Below, one piece after another: positions 27,824 through 37,514 of a stretch of 64,000 nt of DNA; the stretch's first letter is position 1, and every line of letters starts with the position of its first letter. Where the stretch lies: NCBI GenBank assembly GCA_020619395.1, contig GCA_020619395.1_4860.1; one strand, given 5' to 3'. Made by a program: the position numbers and the translations under genes. The notes under the pieces are model-generated. The model was not told where the DNA came from, ran no database searches, and worked only from the letters and a program-made list of their open reading frames with translations. The stretch comes from a phage.

Positions 27824-29300
27824 TATCGGCTCCTCTGATGGCTATAATCGTGGTATTAAATTGCGTCAACAGGACACGGCGATAGAACTTCGTGATTTCG
27901 TCAATCACACTTGGTGGTAACACAGGTTTATCCCACCACCAATCCGGGCAATCCCAATCTGGGAATAACCACTCAATAAGCACTTTTGCCGCTTTTGGAT
28001 AAAGATGCAGTGGCCATAAGTCCAGATTACGCCAGTCGTGTATTGCCGACTCTGTTAAGTAGTACGCTTTCTCGACATGAACTTCACGGTTACGTAGCGA
28101 GAAGACGCCGTTCTCCCAATGATAGAAACGCGGTTCAATAATTTGACCGTTCTCGAACAATTCCATACGGATAATGCCCGTCTGACCTGTCGGGTCTATC
28201 GTGCGACAATGTTCGATATAAGGAACCACGTCGGCATTCCAGACATACGGTAAATCATCGATACTACAAACCTCAGGGTCGATCATGTTTTCTTCACCGA
28301 ATGCTACATCGGTGCCGAACACATGCAGAAGCTTTGCTTTTAGCGGCGAGTGTGTACGTTCAAACTGTTCTGTCGGTGACAGCAGATACGGTAGGCGTAA
28401 GAACTGGCGAGATTCATTAATCCACCAAGTACCGTCAAGGTTCTTTTGCTGTTGGTGACGTTGCACGCCCTCTTCATTACTCACAAACGGTGGGTCTATC
28501 TCAGGCCACCATTCATCAGGCAACGGTGTCTGGTTGATGATGTACGGGTAGGTAATCACCACCTCTTCGGGTCGCTGATATGAGAAGCGTATAACGAAGC
28601 TGGTCTCGTAATGGTTTTCGTCGTTATCCCAGGTAGGAGAGATAACATCGTAAACCGTCTCGATACGGGTTGGTGCGTAGCGTACCGCTAAGACATTCTG
28701 ACCACCGGCGACATTACCTGTGGTGAAAACGTCTGGTGTGAAGTGCGCCTTTAGATAATCTTTAAAGTCGTCGTACTTCGGCACACGTGTCCCTGCGGCG
28801 ATATAGCATTCGTTCAATAGCTTAAGCGCAGGTTTTGGAATCAAGTAATACGCTTCGGATTCCGTCATGGTCGAATAGCGACCCATGTCGATAAGTGAAT
28901 CCAGGCGGTTCGCCCAACGTAACAATTCGTCGCGTGATGGGCCGACACGCCGGAGCGTGATGGTCACGTTATACATTACGCGGACAGGAGCAGCGCGTAC
29001 TTGGTCTTCGGGATTATGGAAGAATGGAATCTCTGCCGCTAACCCAACTTGACGGTTAATGCGTGCGCGTTCATCACGTTCTTCTTCCACTTCGACGTAG
29101 ACACGGTTCGGTGCTGAATAGTCCACCGGTGTCTCATCGCCGAGCGTAGAGCCTGGCTGATGGGCGGTGTTGAAGCTATCCGTGAAAACAACACTGGCAC
29201 GTTCAATACCAGATTCGTTTAGCACACGTTCTACGACGCCGTCGACCACAGCTTTGCGCATGGTCTTGTCCAACGACGGAATTTCAAAATACTGTTGCAT
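27798..29300 (-). CDS. hypothetical protein (500 aa)
   Basis: ORF; Trp-rich C-terminal region. Confidence 0.55.
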   Translation of the reverse strand: MQQYFEIPSLDKTMRKAVVDGVVERVLNESGIERASVVFTDSFNTAHQPGSTLGDETPVDYSAPNRVYVEVEEERDERARINRQVGLAAEIPFFHNPEDQVRAAPVRVMYNVTITLRRVGPSRDELLRWANRLDSLIDMGRYSTMTESEAYYLIPKPALKLLNECYIAAGTRVPKYDDFKDYLKAHFTPDVFTTGNVAGGQNVLAVRYAPTRIETVYDVISPTWDNDENHYETSFVIRFSYQRPEEVVITYPYIINQTPLPDEWWPEIDPPFVSNEEGVQRHQQQKNLDGTWWINESRQFLRLPYLLSPTEQFERTHSPLKAKLLHVFGTDVAFGEENMIDPEVCSIDDLPYVWNADVVPYIEHCRTIDPTGQTGIIRMELFENGQIIEPRFYHWENGVFSLRNREVHVEKAYYLTESAIHDWRNLDLWPLHLYPKAAKVLIEWLFPDWDCPDWWWDKPVLPPSVIDEITKFYRRVLLTQFNTTIIAIRGADNAQGEQEG

Positions 29301-29352
29301 TAGCTGTCCCTCGTTGTAGTCATATCACTGGCCTAAAACGCAAAAAAAAAGA

Positions 29353-29372
29353 AAGGGAGCCGAAACTCCCTT
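29353..29372 (-). terminator. rho-independent terminator
   Basis: A-run + aagggag-ccgaaa-ctccctt hairpin after the stop of 29379..29708. Confidence 0.5.
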
Positions 29373-29378
29373 CGTGTT

Positions 29379-29708
29379 TTAGTGGGCCAGCCAAGCTAGC
29401 TGCCACTTCTTACATTTTATTCCGCTGTGTCCAACCGGATTGCGGATAATGTCCATCGTTTTCCCGACAACGAATTCAATCATCTTGTCTGATAGCATTT
29501 TACCCATCGCGATAGAGAGGGCCGTAACCTGATCAGGGTCATCGATGTACGCATAGACCGGCTCATTACTGCCGAAGATAAGATAGAAGGAACCCTCGCA
29601 GGCCACGATTGAGGTCAGTGGCACGATGCACCCGGTATACACTCTCGCCAGTTCAGCCGCTTTTGGGGTTACTTCCATTACGTAACCCTTAACAGATTTC
29701 TTTTCCAC
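29379..29708 (-). CDS. hypothetical protein (109 aa)
   Basis: ORF 1 nt downstream of the dihydrofolate reductase gene. Confidence 0.45.
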   Translation of the reverse strand: MEKKSVKGYVMEVTPKAAELARVYTGCIVPLTSIVACEGSFYLIFGSNEPVYAYIDDPDQVTALSIAMGKMLSDKMIEFVVGKTMDIIRNPVGHSGIKCKKWQLAWLAH

Positions 29709-29709
29709 T

Positions 29710-30261
29710 TTAAACTCCAGCGATACGGTTTAAAATTTGATACGTCCAACGGTGCGTGTGTTTCTGGCCGTCGGGTAAATGGGTCATGGTGTAGTCGACT
29801 TGAAAAACATCTCTGTCGATTTCTGGGAAGAAAGCATCGGCACCTTCAACAGCGATGTCAATACGCGATAGATAGATACGATCCACTCGAGCGAGGGTTT
29901 GTTGATAAACTGATGCGCCACCAATAATCATCACCTCTTGCTCTTTCCCGGTATCTTTCTCAATACGTTCCAGAGCTTTGATAGCTAAGTCAATACTCGT
30001 GTGATACGTCACCAAACGCATGTCCGTGTGTTCTTCCCGGCCACTAATATAAGCTTCTGGGTTACGAGTAACGATTAAGTTACCGCGGTTAGGCAAAGGA
30101 CGACAACCTAACGATTCCCAGGTCTTACTACCCATGATAACGTTCTTCCCTGTGGTAATTGCCTTAAAGTTAGCCAGGTCGGCAGGCAGACGCCACGGCA
30201 GTTCATTGTTTTTACCGATGGCATTGTTGCGGTCCATCGCGACGATAATAGAGAGTTTCAC
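29710..30261 (-). CDS. folA: dihydrofolate reductase
   Basis: IVAMDRNNAIGKNNELPWRLPADLANFKAITTGKNVIMGSKTWESLG..RPLPNRGNLIVTRN and MIIGGASVYQ align to E. coli FolA ([66 protein letters not shown]). Confidence 0.9.
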   Translation of the reverse strand: MKLSIIVAMDRNNAIGKNNELPWRLPADLANFKAITTGKNVIMGSKTWESLGCRPLPNRGNLIVTRNPEAYISGREEHTDMRLVTYHTSIDLAIKALERIEKDTGKEQEVMIIGGASVYQQTLARVDRIYLSRIDIAVEGADAFFPEIDRDVFQVDYTMTHLPDGQKHTHRWTYQILNRIAGV

Positions 30262-30629
30262 GGTTTGCTCCTACGGGCTTTAGATAATTCTTTCATTGCG
30301 TGGCGTAAATGGCGACTAAATTCAAGACGGCTATACGAGAATGTCACCGGATAGTCCAGAATCACCGACAGTGATACCGTTCTGGCATCCACATCGACCA
30401 ACAGACTGTTCGTACAGCAACCTGCAAACATCCCACCACCAACCAACGGCCTCTTAAGCCTAATAGTTAGCGTGCCAAGCCATTCCCTGTCGCCGAGCAG
30501 CAACAAGGCCTCTGCCAGGTCTTCTTCAACTATCGCTAGACAGTATTCGTCATCTCGTACACGGAGGCGAATCTGCGGTTCTACGTTTGTGGTTTCTGGC
30601 ATCATCTCAAATTTAAATTTATCGGTCAT
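30258..30629 (-). CDS. hypothetical protein (123 aa)
   Basis: ORF overlapping the dihydrofolate reductase start by 4 nt. Confidence 0.45.
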   Translation of the reverse strand: MTDKFKFEMMPETTNVEPQIRLRVRDDEYCLAIVEEDLAEALLLLGDREWLGTLTIRLKRPLVGGGMFAGCCTNSLLVDVDARTVSLSVILDYPVTFSYSRLEFSRHLRHAMKELSKARRSKP

Positions 30630-30676
30630 CTCACAATCCCAAAAAAGAAGGTGGCTTGTTAGGCCACCTTATTAAA

Positions 30677-31222
30677 TCATTGAACCATACGCTGCGCGTC
30701 GTAAGACGGTGCGAGGTTCACAACACGACCATGTAGAGTTTGCTCTGCTTCGTCTAACAGGTCATCGCGTACGAGCGTCTGGCGAATGTAAAGCGTTGCC
30801 CGTATCCCCTCAGCGCTGTAAGGCGCGGTGACCATTTTGGTCTGGTAACCTTCAATCGTCACCGGAACACGCTCGCCATTACGACGAACAAAATGCTCCA
30901 GCTTACCGTAATCGTGACTGCAGACTTTAGACATGTCAGACAATCCCGCATCGATTAAGTATTTCCAAAGACTGACGATGCCTTCTGAGCAATGTTTGTT
31001 AAGTTCACCTTCGACGACAAACTCGTACCCACCGTACGTTAGAATGTGCGTGCCTGCTGAACGACGGTCACATTCTAAAATGAACACGCCCAGACCAATC
31101 ATAACCGGACGTGGGATTGTCATGACACTGGTACTAAATTGCAGCGTAGTAACCTCATCCCAAAGGGGCGATGATTTGTCGTTGCTTACACTAATAACAT
31201 CTTTGAGATTGACACGTTTCAT
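30677..31222 (-). CDS. hypothetical protein (181 aa)
   Basis: ORF; promoter-like motif F lies upstream. Confidence 0.5.
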   Translation of the reverse strand: MKRVNLKDVISVSNDKSSPLWDEVTTLQFSTSVMTIPRPVMIGLGVFILECDRRSAGTHILTYGGYEFVVEGELNKHCSEGIVSLWKYLIDAGLSDMSKVCSHDYGKLEHFVRRNGERVPVTIEGYQTKMVTAPYSAEGIRATLYIRQTLVRDDLLDEAEQTLHGRVVNLAPSYDAQRMVQ

Positions 31223-31263
31223 TATAAATACTCCTTACGATTAATGGTCGATTACATACGGTT

Positions 31264-31288
31264 TCAGGCTAACGTAATATTTACGCTG
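31264..31288 (-). promoter_or_regulatory. AT-rich promoter-like motif (copy F, degenerate)
   Basis: tcaggctaacgtaatatttacgctg; minus-strand core TAAATATTAC; about 42 nt upstream of ATG 31222. Confidence 0.35.
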
Positions 31289-32042
31289 CTGGTTCTTCAG
31301 CGGTTTTCACTTCAACTGGTTTCATCAACGAGTTCGCACAGTCGAAGATAGCATCCAGGAAACCACGGAACGGCTTCATGGCTTCACGCTGGGCGTTCTG
31401 ACGTTCTTCTTCAATTGCGTCTTCTTGCGCCTGAATTTCTTCAGCAGTCAGCTCCGGGTGTTCCATCATGCTTTCTGCCAGGGTCATCACTTTCGGCTGC
31501 GCATTCAGAATCGGAATACGGCGGATGACCTTGGTGATATTCCCGAGCTTCATGCCACCCAGCATGGTATCGAACAACGTACCGAAATCTTGCAGTGGGT
31601 CTTCGCTGATTTCCAGTACCGCCGGAGTCGCAACCAGACCAAAGGCAATGACCAATTCAACAGCAGTGTCAGTGACGTGCGCAGCGAACGGAGTGTCTTC
31701 CATCTGCAGGTAATTGTTACCATTATAGGTCACCGGAATGAATTTGATTTCTTCCCCTTTCTTCAGGCGCAGTGTATCGACTGCGGCTTTGTACTGAACT
31801 TCGTACAGTTCCGGTTTAACACCGTCAACGTTATCCAGTGTAAAGAGCAGGTCGCCAACCGCCATACGGCGCGGTAGTTTGCGTTTGTTGATTTCGCGCA
31901 GCCAGACTTGTAAGCCGGTGAATTGAATTGGGGACAGTCTAATTTTAAAGCCGTTGGTTGCTTGCAGGATAGCACCGTCGTCTTCGCTACGTTCGATAGA
32001 GCCATTAGCCAGAGTGAGCAGATTGATAGTTTTCATTTTCAT
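31281..32042 (-). CDS. hypothetical protein (253 aa)
   Basis: ORF; first gene after promoter-like motif B. Confidence 0.5.
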   Translation of the reverse strand: MKMKTINLLTLANGSIERSEDDGAILQATNGFKIRLSPIQFTGLQVWLREINKRKLPRRMAVGDLLFTLDNVDGVKPELYEVQYKAAVDTLRLKKGEEIKFIPVTYNGNNYLQMEDTPFAAHVTDTAVELVIAFGLVATPAVLEISEDPLQDFGTLFDTMLGGMKLGNITKVIRRIPILNAQPKVMTLAESMMEHPELTAEEIQAQEDAIEEERQNAQREAMKPFRGFLDAIFDCANSLMKPVEVKTAEEPAA

Positions 32043-32084
32043 ATTCCTTAAGTGATGGTCGGTTAAAAGATTACCAATGCAATC

Positions 32085-32110
32085 TCACCTAGGTAATATA
32101 TATCTGAAAT
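32085..32110 (-). promoter_or_regulatory. conserved AT-rich promoter-like motif (copy B)
   Basis: tcacctaggtaatatatatctgaaat, identical to copy A; between terminator 32144-32167 and ATG 32042. Confidence 0.55.
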
Positions 32111-32143
32111 CTTTTCTAATCTGAGACAAAAAAAGAAAGGGTA

Positions 32144-32167
32144 AATCCCCCACCGAAGTGGGGGATT
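32144..32167 (-). terminator. rho-independent terminator
   Basis: aatcccccac-cgaa-gtgggggatt hairpin with A/T-runs after the stop of 32179..33438. Confidence 0.7.
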
Positions 32168-32178
32168 CGCCAGTCTAA

Positions 32179-33438
32179 TTACTTAGACTTTTCATACGCA
32201 CCGATACCGGCGCTGATGTAGCCGTTAACGCCGGCGATCAGGTTTTTCTGGCCGGTTGCAACGCAACGTTCGGTCCAGGAGATGTACTGGTTCGCAACGG
32301 TGATTGCACGACGTGCAACACGGACGTTGGAAGTCAGTTCAGCGTTGTCGTCGATCTTCACGCCGTCGATACGTTTCAGCAGCGCCTCAATAGCCCGCTC
32401 GTACGATTCTTGAGCCTGGTTATTTTTGTGGTACGCTTTCACGTTCTCTTCGACTGCTTTACCCAGCTGGTTGAAGAACGCAACCAGAGAAGACAGCGTC
32501 TGAGCAGACGGAGTAGAAACAGATTTTTCTACGCTGCCTTCAGCATCGATAACGGTGAAGGAAGCTTCCAGGTCATCCCCGTTCACTTTCACGTCAGCTT
32601 TACCGATCTGGTTACCCAGCAGTTGAACTTCGCCCGCTTTGCCTGCAGTGGCTTTGTTAACCGCTGCTGCGAAGCCGCTGTTCAGTTTGCCGCCTTCAAC
32701 TGAGCTGACCATGCGGGTTGCATCTTTGACCACTGCTTCCTGCTCGCCGTAGATGCTGCCGATAGTAGACAGAACACCTTTCAGTGCATTGATGTCGTCA
32801 CCAACAAACTTACCACCGGTGGTCAGGTTCTTAATGAACCCACCGCTAATGGTGTCTTTCTTCTGCTTGCCCAGGCCACGCAGAGCCGCGTCATATTTCT
32901 TAGCGCGTGCCTGAATGGATTTACCCTGGTTGCTGAACTTGAGCCAGCGATCTTTGATTTTACGGCCTTGTTCTTTCAGCCAGTCGAAGATACGCTGCAG
33001 GAACGCTTTGATGTCGTCCCACAGTGATTCGCGAGCAACCTGACGGCGTTTACGTGCGCCGTAAGATTCCTGCGCAACGCTTACGCGGTGATCGAATGCC
33101 CAACGCTTACGGATAGATTCCTGCGCAACGTCCAGCTGCTCAGCAGCTTCGTCAGGCATATCTTCTTCCACTTCCATTGGCTCTTCGCCATCTTCGCCTT
33201 CGCCGTCAGCGGCGGCTTCAGCAGCATCAACTGCATCCAGCTGTGCATCAGTTTCGTCACCGTCTTCTGCCAGCACGTCTGCTTCTGCGTCCAGCTGGTC
33301 GATCGGTTTGGTGTCATGCTCGATGTCAGCCAGAGTACCTTCCACGGACTCAGCCGGCAGCTCGATGCCATCTGGAACGACAGTGCCTGCGCCTTCGACA
33401 GATTCACGAGCGAGTTTACTTTTTACAAAGTTAGCCAT
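32179..33438 (-). CDS. acidic paralog A (419 aa), possible virion/internal head protein
   Basis: Shares N-terminus MANFVKSKLARESVE, internal VAQESIRKRWA and C-terminus GAGIGAYEKSK with the adjacent gene; highly acidic N-terminal third; biased codon usage. Confidence 0.6.
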   Translation of the reverse strand: MANFVKSKLARESVEGAGTVVPDGIELPAESVEGTLADIEHDTKPIDQLDAEADVLAEDGDETDAQLDAVDAAEAAADGEGEDGEEPMEVEEDMPDEAAEQLDVAQESIRKRWAFDHRVSVAQESYGARKRRQVARESLWDDIKAFLQRIFDWLKEQGRKIKDRWLKFSNQGKSIQARAKKYDAALRGLGKQKKDTISGGFIKNLTTGGKFVGDDINALKGVLSTIGSIYGEQEAVVKDATRMVSSVEGGKLNSGFAAAVNKATAGKAGEVQLLGNQIGKADVKVNGDDLEASFTVIDAEGSVEKSVSTPSAQTLSSLVAFFNQLGKAVEENVKAYHKNNQAQESYERAIEALLKRIDGVKIDDNAELTSNVRVARRAITVANQYISWTERCVATGQKNLIAGVNGYISAGIGAYEKSK

Positions 33439-33454
33439 CTTTTTCTATCCTCTA

Positions 33455-33475
33455 GGCGGTACGCCGTGTACCGCC
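33455..33475 (-). promoter_or_regulatory. inter-paralog stem-loop (possible attenuator or RNA processing site)
   Basis: ggcggtac-gccgt-gtaccgcc hairpin between the paralogs with no T-run, followed by GAGGA ribosome-binding site of the downstream paralog. Confidence 0.3.
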
Positions 33476-33515
33476 ATTAATGATTTGTCAACTGACGTTC
33501 AGTACGTAAAGCGGA

Positions 33516-34793
33516 TTAAGCTTTAGACTTTTCGTACGCGCCAATACCAGCGCCGATGTAGCCGTTCAGGCCGCTAATAACAGTGTTACCAACGTGAGCC
33601 ACAGCACGGTTCAGAGTCTGGTAGTTACGCACAGCCTGGTCAGCTGCAGTACGTGCATTACGCAGCGCTTCCCACTCACCTTCGTCGTTGGATTTTTTCA
33701 GAGCGGCAGCAGCTTTGGCAGCAGCCTCTTCCAGTTTCTCAACGTCAGCGTCGTAGCTGCGGAAGTCTTGCAGGACTTTCTCGAAACCTTTACCGATAAC
33801 GTCCAGGGCAGACGCAGCAGATGCCAGTGCAGAAATAGCCGGAGTAGCGATTTCTTTCGTTTCAGAAACGTCACCCGTCGACAGGAAGGCCACTGCGGTG
33901 AATTCCTGGCCGCCTGCCAGAGTTTTGCTGCCGGTCTGTACATAGGCGTTGCCTGGCAGTGCCAGAACTTTCTGACCGCCTTCGCCGTCTTCGAATTGCG
34001 GCAGTGCGCGCAGTTTCTTCGCAGCGGTACCAAACAGGGCAACGTCAACAGCGCCTTTAGCAGCGGTTGCGGTACCGTCTGAAGTTTTGGTGATCGCTAC
34101 AGCAGAGTCAGCCGCCTGAGAGGACAGCTTGTTGATGGCATCTTTCGCTTTACCGCCGGTCAGCTCTTTCGCGATAGCGATAGAGTTGGCCACATCGAAT
34201 TCACCTTCGATAGACAGTTTGCTAATAAAGCCACCAGAAATGTTTTCTTTCTTCTGTTTGCCGAGCTTACGCAGCATCTCCTGGTAAGCTTTCGCACGTT
34301 TCTGCGCGGACTTACCAACGTTGATGTACTTCAGTTTCAGCTCTTTCGCTTTCGCGATAACTGCTTTACACAGTTCAACGAAGCGTTCGAACAGATCTTT
34401 CAGGGTTTCTTTCCAGCCTTCCTGAGCTGCTTTGGTCATGCCACGGCCACGGCGATAAGATTCGCGCGCCAGTTTGGTACGATCGATAGCCCAACGTTTA
34501 CGGATAGATTCCTGCGCCACTTCGGTGTGAGCGATGGCTTCTTCAGGCATCTCTTCACCGTTTTCGATTTTTTCGTCAGCAGCGTCGATAGCAGCTTCGG
34601 TACGCTCGGTATCAGCAGCCAGAGTTTCCTGGTCGCCATCGAGCTGTTCCAGCTGACCGTCGATAGACGCAACTTCTGCCAGCTGGACGTCGATGTTCTC
34701 TTCTGCCGGTTCAACGTTGCTCAGACCGTCGATTACGTCGCCGGTAGCTTCAACGGACTCGCGGGCGAGTTTACTTTTTACAAAGTTTGCCAT
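33516..34793 (-). CDS. acidic paralog B (425 aa), possible virion/internal head protein
   Basis: Paralog of 32179..33438 (same N- and C-terminal peptides, about 85% nucleotide identity at the ends). Confidence 0.6.
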   Translation of the reverse strand: MANFVKSKLARESVEATGDVIDGLSNVEPAEENIDVQLAEVASIDGQLEQLDGDQETLAADTERTEAAIDAADEKIENGEEMPEEAIAHTEVAQESIRKRWAIDRTKLARESYRRGRGMTKAAQEGWKETLKDLFERFVELCKAVIAKAKELKLKYINVGKSAQKRAKAYQEMLRKLGKQKKENISGGFISKLSIEGEFDVANSIAIAKELTGGKAKDAINKLSSQAADSAVAITKTSDGTATAAKGAVDVALFGTAAKKLRALPQFEDGEGGQKVLALPGNAYVQTGSKTLAGGQEFTAVAFLSTGDVSETKEIATPAISALASAASALDVIGKGFEKVLQDFRSYDADVEKLEEAAAKAAAALKKSNDEGEWEALRNARTAADQAVRNYQTLNRAVAHVGNTVISGLNGYIGAGIGAYEKSKA

Positions 34794-34849
34794 TTGTTTC
34801 GGTTCCTTTGGTTATAACCCAATTACACGCCCCTAGATAAGGGGCCCCC

Positions 34850-35407
34850 TTAGGGACGTGCGATTTTTAAAAACACTGCTAACGACGAGATCATATCGGA
34901 TAACCCGTTCGGACGTGTCAACCAACGTGCCAGCAGTTCGTGGTCTGCATAAGATAATAGACGCCGGTCAGGCGTGTACGTCTGATGCGCAGTTCCCATA
35001 CGGCGAACTTGCCCACTACGACCGTAAGCCGCAGCAAGAAGTCGTGAGCCCAGGGAACCGGTTCGCTCTACTTGCTTAGTAGAGTGGATATCGTTCATGT
35101 ACGATACCAGAAGAACGGACCACTGTCCTGTTGACACTGTACGGCGTTTACCGTCAAGTATGAACGATGCAGATTCGTTATAAAACGTATTAAACGTAAA
35201 ACCGACCTGCGGATATTCGTCATATAATACTTGTTGGACAGAGTCAGCGCCCATCATGCGGAAATACGGCAGCACAACGGCTGCAGCTTCCAGGGTTTCA
35301 TGTATCAGTTCGTCGTCATGAACCAGCACGGGGTTTTGGGTCAGTTTCGCCATGTAGTTTTTAATCAACTTCTCGGCGAGGTTAAAATTCTGGTCATTGT
35401 CAAACAT
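34850..35407 (-). CDS. hypothetical protein (185 aa)
   Basis: AGGAG ribosome-binding site upstream. Confidence 0.5.
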   Translation of the reverse strand: MFDNDQNFNLAEKLIKNYMAKLTQNPVLVHDDELIHETLEAAAVVLPYFRMMGADSVQQVLYDEYPQVGFTFNTFYNESASFILDGKRRTVSTGQWSVLLVSYMNDIHSTKQVERTGSLGSRLLAAAYGRSGQVRRMGTAHQTYTPDRRLLSYADHELLARWLTRPNGLSDMISSLAVFLKIARP

Positions 35408-35430
35408 GAGACTCTCCTGATAATACGGCC

Positions 35431-36363
35431 TTAAACCAGACCGTATTTTTTCTCCAGACGTTCACGTTTGTACTTGAGTTCCATCAAGCGCTTTTCGTGT
35501 GCTTCGATGAGTTTCTCAATGTGCACGTCCCCTTCACCGGCAGCCTGTTGTTTCTTGTACAACAGAATACGCAGCTCAGTCGCTTTCGCGGCTTCCACGC
35601 ACTCGTCATAACGATCCATTTGCCATTCTGCAATATTCAGACGCACGCGGTAGACAATTGACAGCGGGAACGGAACGGAGGACATACCCAGTGGATCAGT
35701 GGTGTTCGAACCGAACTGCTGAACCAATTGGCTATATGTCTCTTCGTCAAACACCGCTTCAGGTATCTCAGCGTAGTCTGCTTTCAGTTTGGTAATGGGG
35801 GTTGCCAGGACGCGCACCGCAATACAGAAAGACGTCTTACGGGTTTGCAGATACTGAAGGTCTTTCGGACCGATTCCCTTCACTGCAATGTTCGAGTCTT
35901 GTACAGCGGCAATCTCTTCGGCCGTGATGTAGTTAATCAGGGTGCTAGCGTAACCGACGAAGAATTCGATCATATCCAGCAACTGCAACACGGTTTGTTT
36001 GTTGAACGTTAGAGATGAAGTCACCAACGTCTTCCCGATGTCGCGGTCGATACACTGCTCCAGGAAAGGTCGCAGCGCCTGTACGTTCTGCATAGACGCG
36101 ATGACGTACTCCAGCATACTTGCGTTACGTAACCCTTTAACTTCCAAACCGGAGCTATGCAGGTACTTAACGATTTCAGTAGAAAGGTCTGCAACAGGCT
36201 TCGCTTTAAATGGCTTACCCTGGACACTTCCCACCAGTTCCTGGAGGTTCTGGAACTGTGGCTCTAACGCAGCAATCGAGTCGCAGTTAGATGACAGTTG
36301 GTTTTTTAAGTTCGTGGCTTCGAAGCTCGGCAGCAACATCGCCAACATATTCGGAATCGGCAT
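35431..36363 (-). CDS. hypothetical protein (about 310 aa)
   Basis: Start moved to internal ATG 36363 (MPIPNMLAML...), which sits just downstream of the stop of 36374..37492. Confidence 0.5.
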   Translation of the reverse strand: MPIPNMLAMLLPSFEATNLKNQLSSNCDSIAALEPQFQNLQELVGSVQGKPFKAKPVADLSTEIVKYLHSSGLEVKGLRNASMLEYVIASMQNVQALRPFLEQCIDRDIGKTLVTSSLTFNKQTVLQLLDMIEFFVGYASTLINYITAEEIAAVQDSNIAVKGIGPKDLQYLQTRKTSFCIAVRVLATPITKLKADYAEIPEAVFDEETYSQLVQQFGSNTTDPLGMSSVPFPLSIVYRVRLNIAEWQMDRYDECVEAAKATELRILLYKKQQAAGEGDVHIEKLIEAHEKRLMELKYKRERLEKKYGLV

Positions 36364-36373
36364 TCTTTTCCCC

Positions 36374-37492
36374 TTACAGTACCGGATTCGCGCCGACGCG
36401 ATAGGCATCGATGATTTTGTTTACATCGCCGCTACCGGACTTCGCCTTGCTAAAGTCTGATTTGTCGAGTTCTTGAGACCCGGTCTGACCACGCGTATAA
36501 ATGGTTACACGGTTCCAGGTCTGGTCGACAACCACGTAGTAAACAGTCAGGGTGTCTTTGAACACACGCTGGCGGATATTGTAATCATCGAAGTCACCGC
36601 CCAGCTGAGCAGTCAGATCGTCGATAGTTTCTTGAGAAACCACCATAACCGAAGACGCGTTGTTGATGGATGGGCTCAGCGTCAGCAGGCCAGACAGCCA
36701 GTTGGCGTTTTTCTTTTCCATCATCTTACGGTAATAACCGGACTTATCACGGAAGCGGTTCTTACGGTATTCTTCAATGAGGTCATTACACAGCGCGATA
36801 TCTTTCGCGTAGCTGAGAGAACCGACCTTCGCACGCAGCACACGTTCCCAGAAGGTTTTGGTTTGATCGCTGAACGCAATGAGCGTTTTCATTTCGTCGG
36901 TCGGCAGAGACTTCACATCAAGACGCAGACGCATCGGCAGCTCGACTTTATTACCGTCACGTTCGAAGGTAACAGAGAACACTTTACCGTTGGACAGACC
37001 TTCTTGATCATGCAGGAGCTTCAGCGTGTTGTTCGGCAGCACAGAACCTGCGGACGATTCAGTCGCTACTTTGTTATCGGATTTCTGGCGACGGGATTCA
37101 CCGACCGCAAGCCCGATTTTATCGTATGACGGCAGCGTGTGACGGGAGGACTCGCCGATTGCGAAAGACGCTAAGCGAGAACCCGAACGTGCAGCCGCAT
37201 CGAGGGCATTACGACGGGTGCTAACCTGGTCAAGCGTACCAAGGATATCAACCTCAGGAACACCCACCAGAATTGAGATGGCGGTAAGTTGGTTGCCCGC
37301 GAGCAGGATTTGGATTTTCTCCAGAATACCTGGCAGGTAATCTAAGCCCAACAGACTTTGTTCAACCAGCGTGGTGTGCTCGTTGTACAGCACAGAGTTG
37401 AATTCTTCCGTCGATTCCGCCCGCTGGCGAAGCAGCATGGGAAACTTAGAAAGAAAGGAGACGAGCGATGTCTCAAATGTTTTTTCTGCCAT
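36374..37492 (-). CDS. hypothetical protein (372 aa)
   Basis: ORF; start 22 nt from the divergent plus-strand start at 37515. Confidence 0.55.
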   Translation of the reverse strand: MAEKTFETSLVSFLSKFPMLLRQRAESTEEFNSVLYNEHTTLVEQSLLGLDYLPGILEKIQILLAGNQLTAISILVGVPEVDILGTLDQVSTRRNALDAAARSGSRLASFAIGESSRHTLPSYDKIGLAVGESRRQKSDNKVATESSAGSVLPNNTLKLLHDQEGLSNGKVFSVTFERDGNKVELPMRLRLDVKSLPTDEMKTLIAFSDQTKTFWERVLRAKVGSLSYAKDIALCNDLIEEYRKNRFRDKSGYYRKMMEKKNANWLSGLLTLSPSINNASSVMVVSQETIDDLTAQLGGDFDDYNIRQRVFKDTLTVYYVVVDQTWNRVTIYTRGQTGSQELDKSDFSKAKSGSGDVNKIIDAYRVGANPVL

Positions 37493-37514
37493 TTTTAACT
37501 AAACTCCGGAGTTA

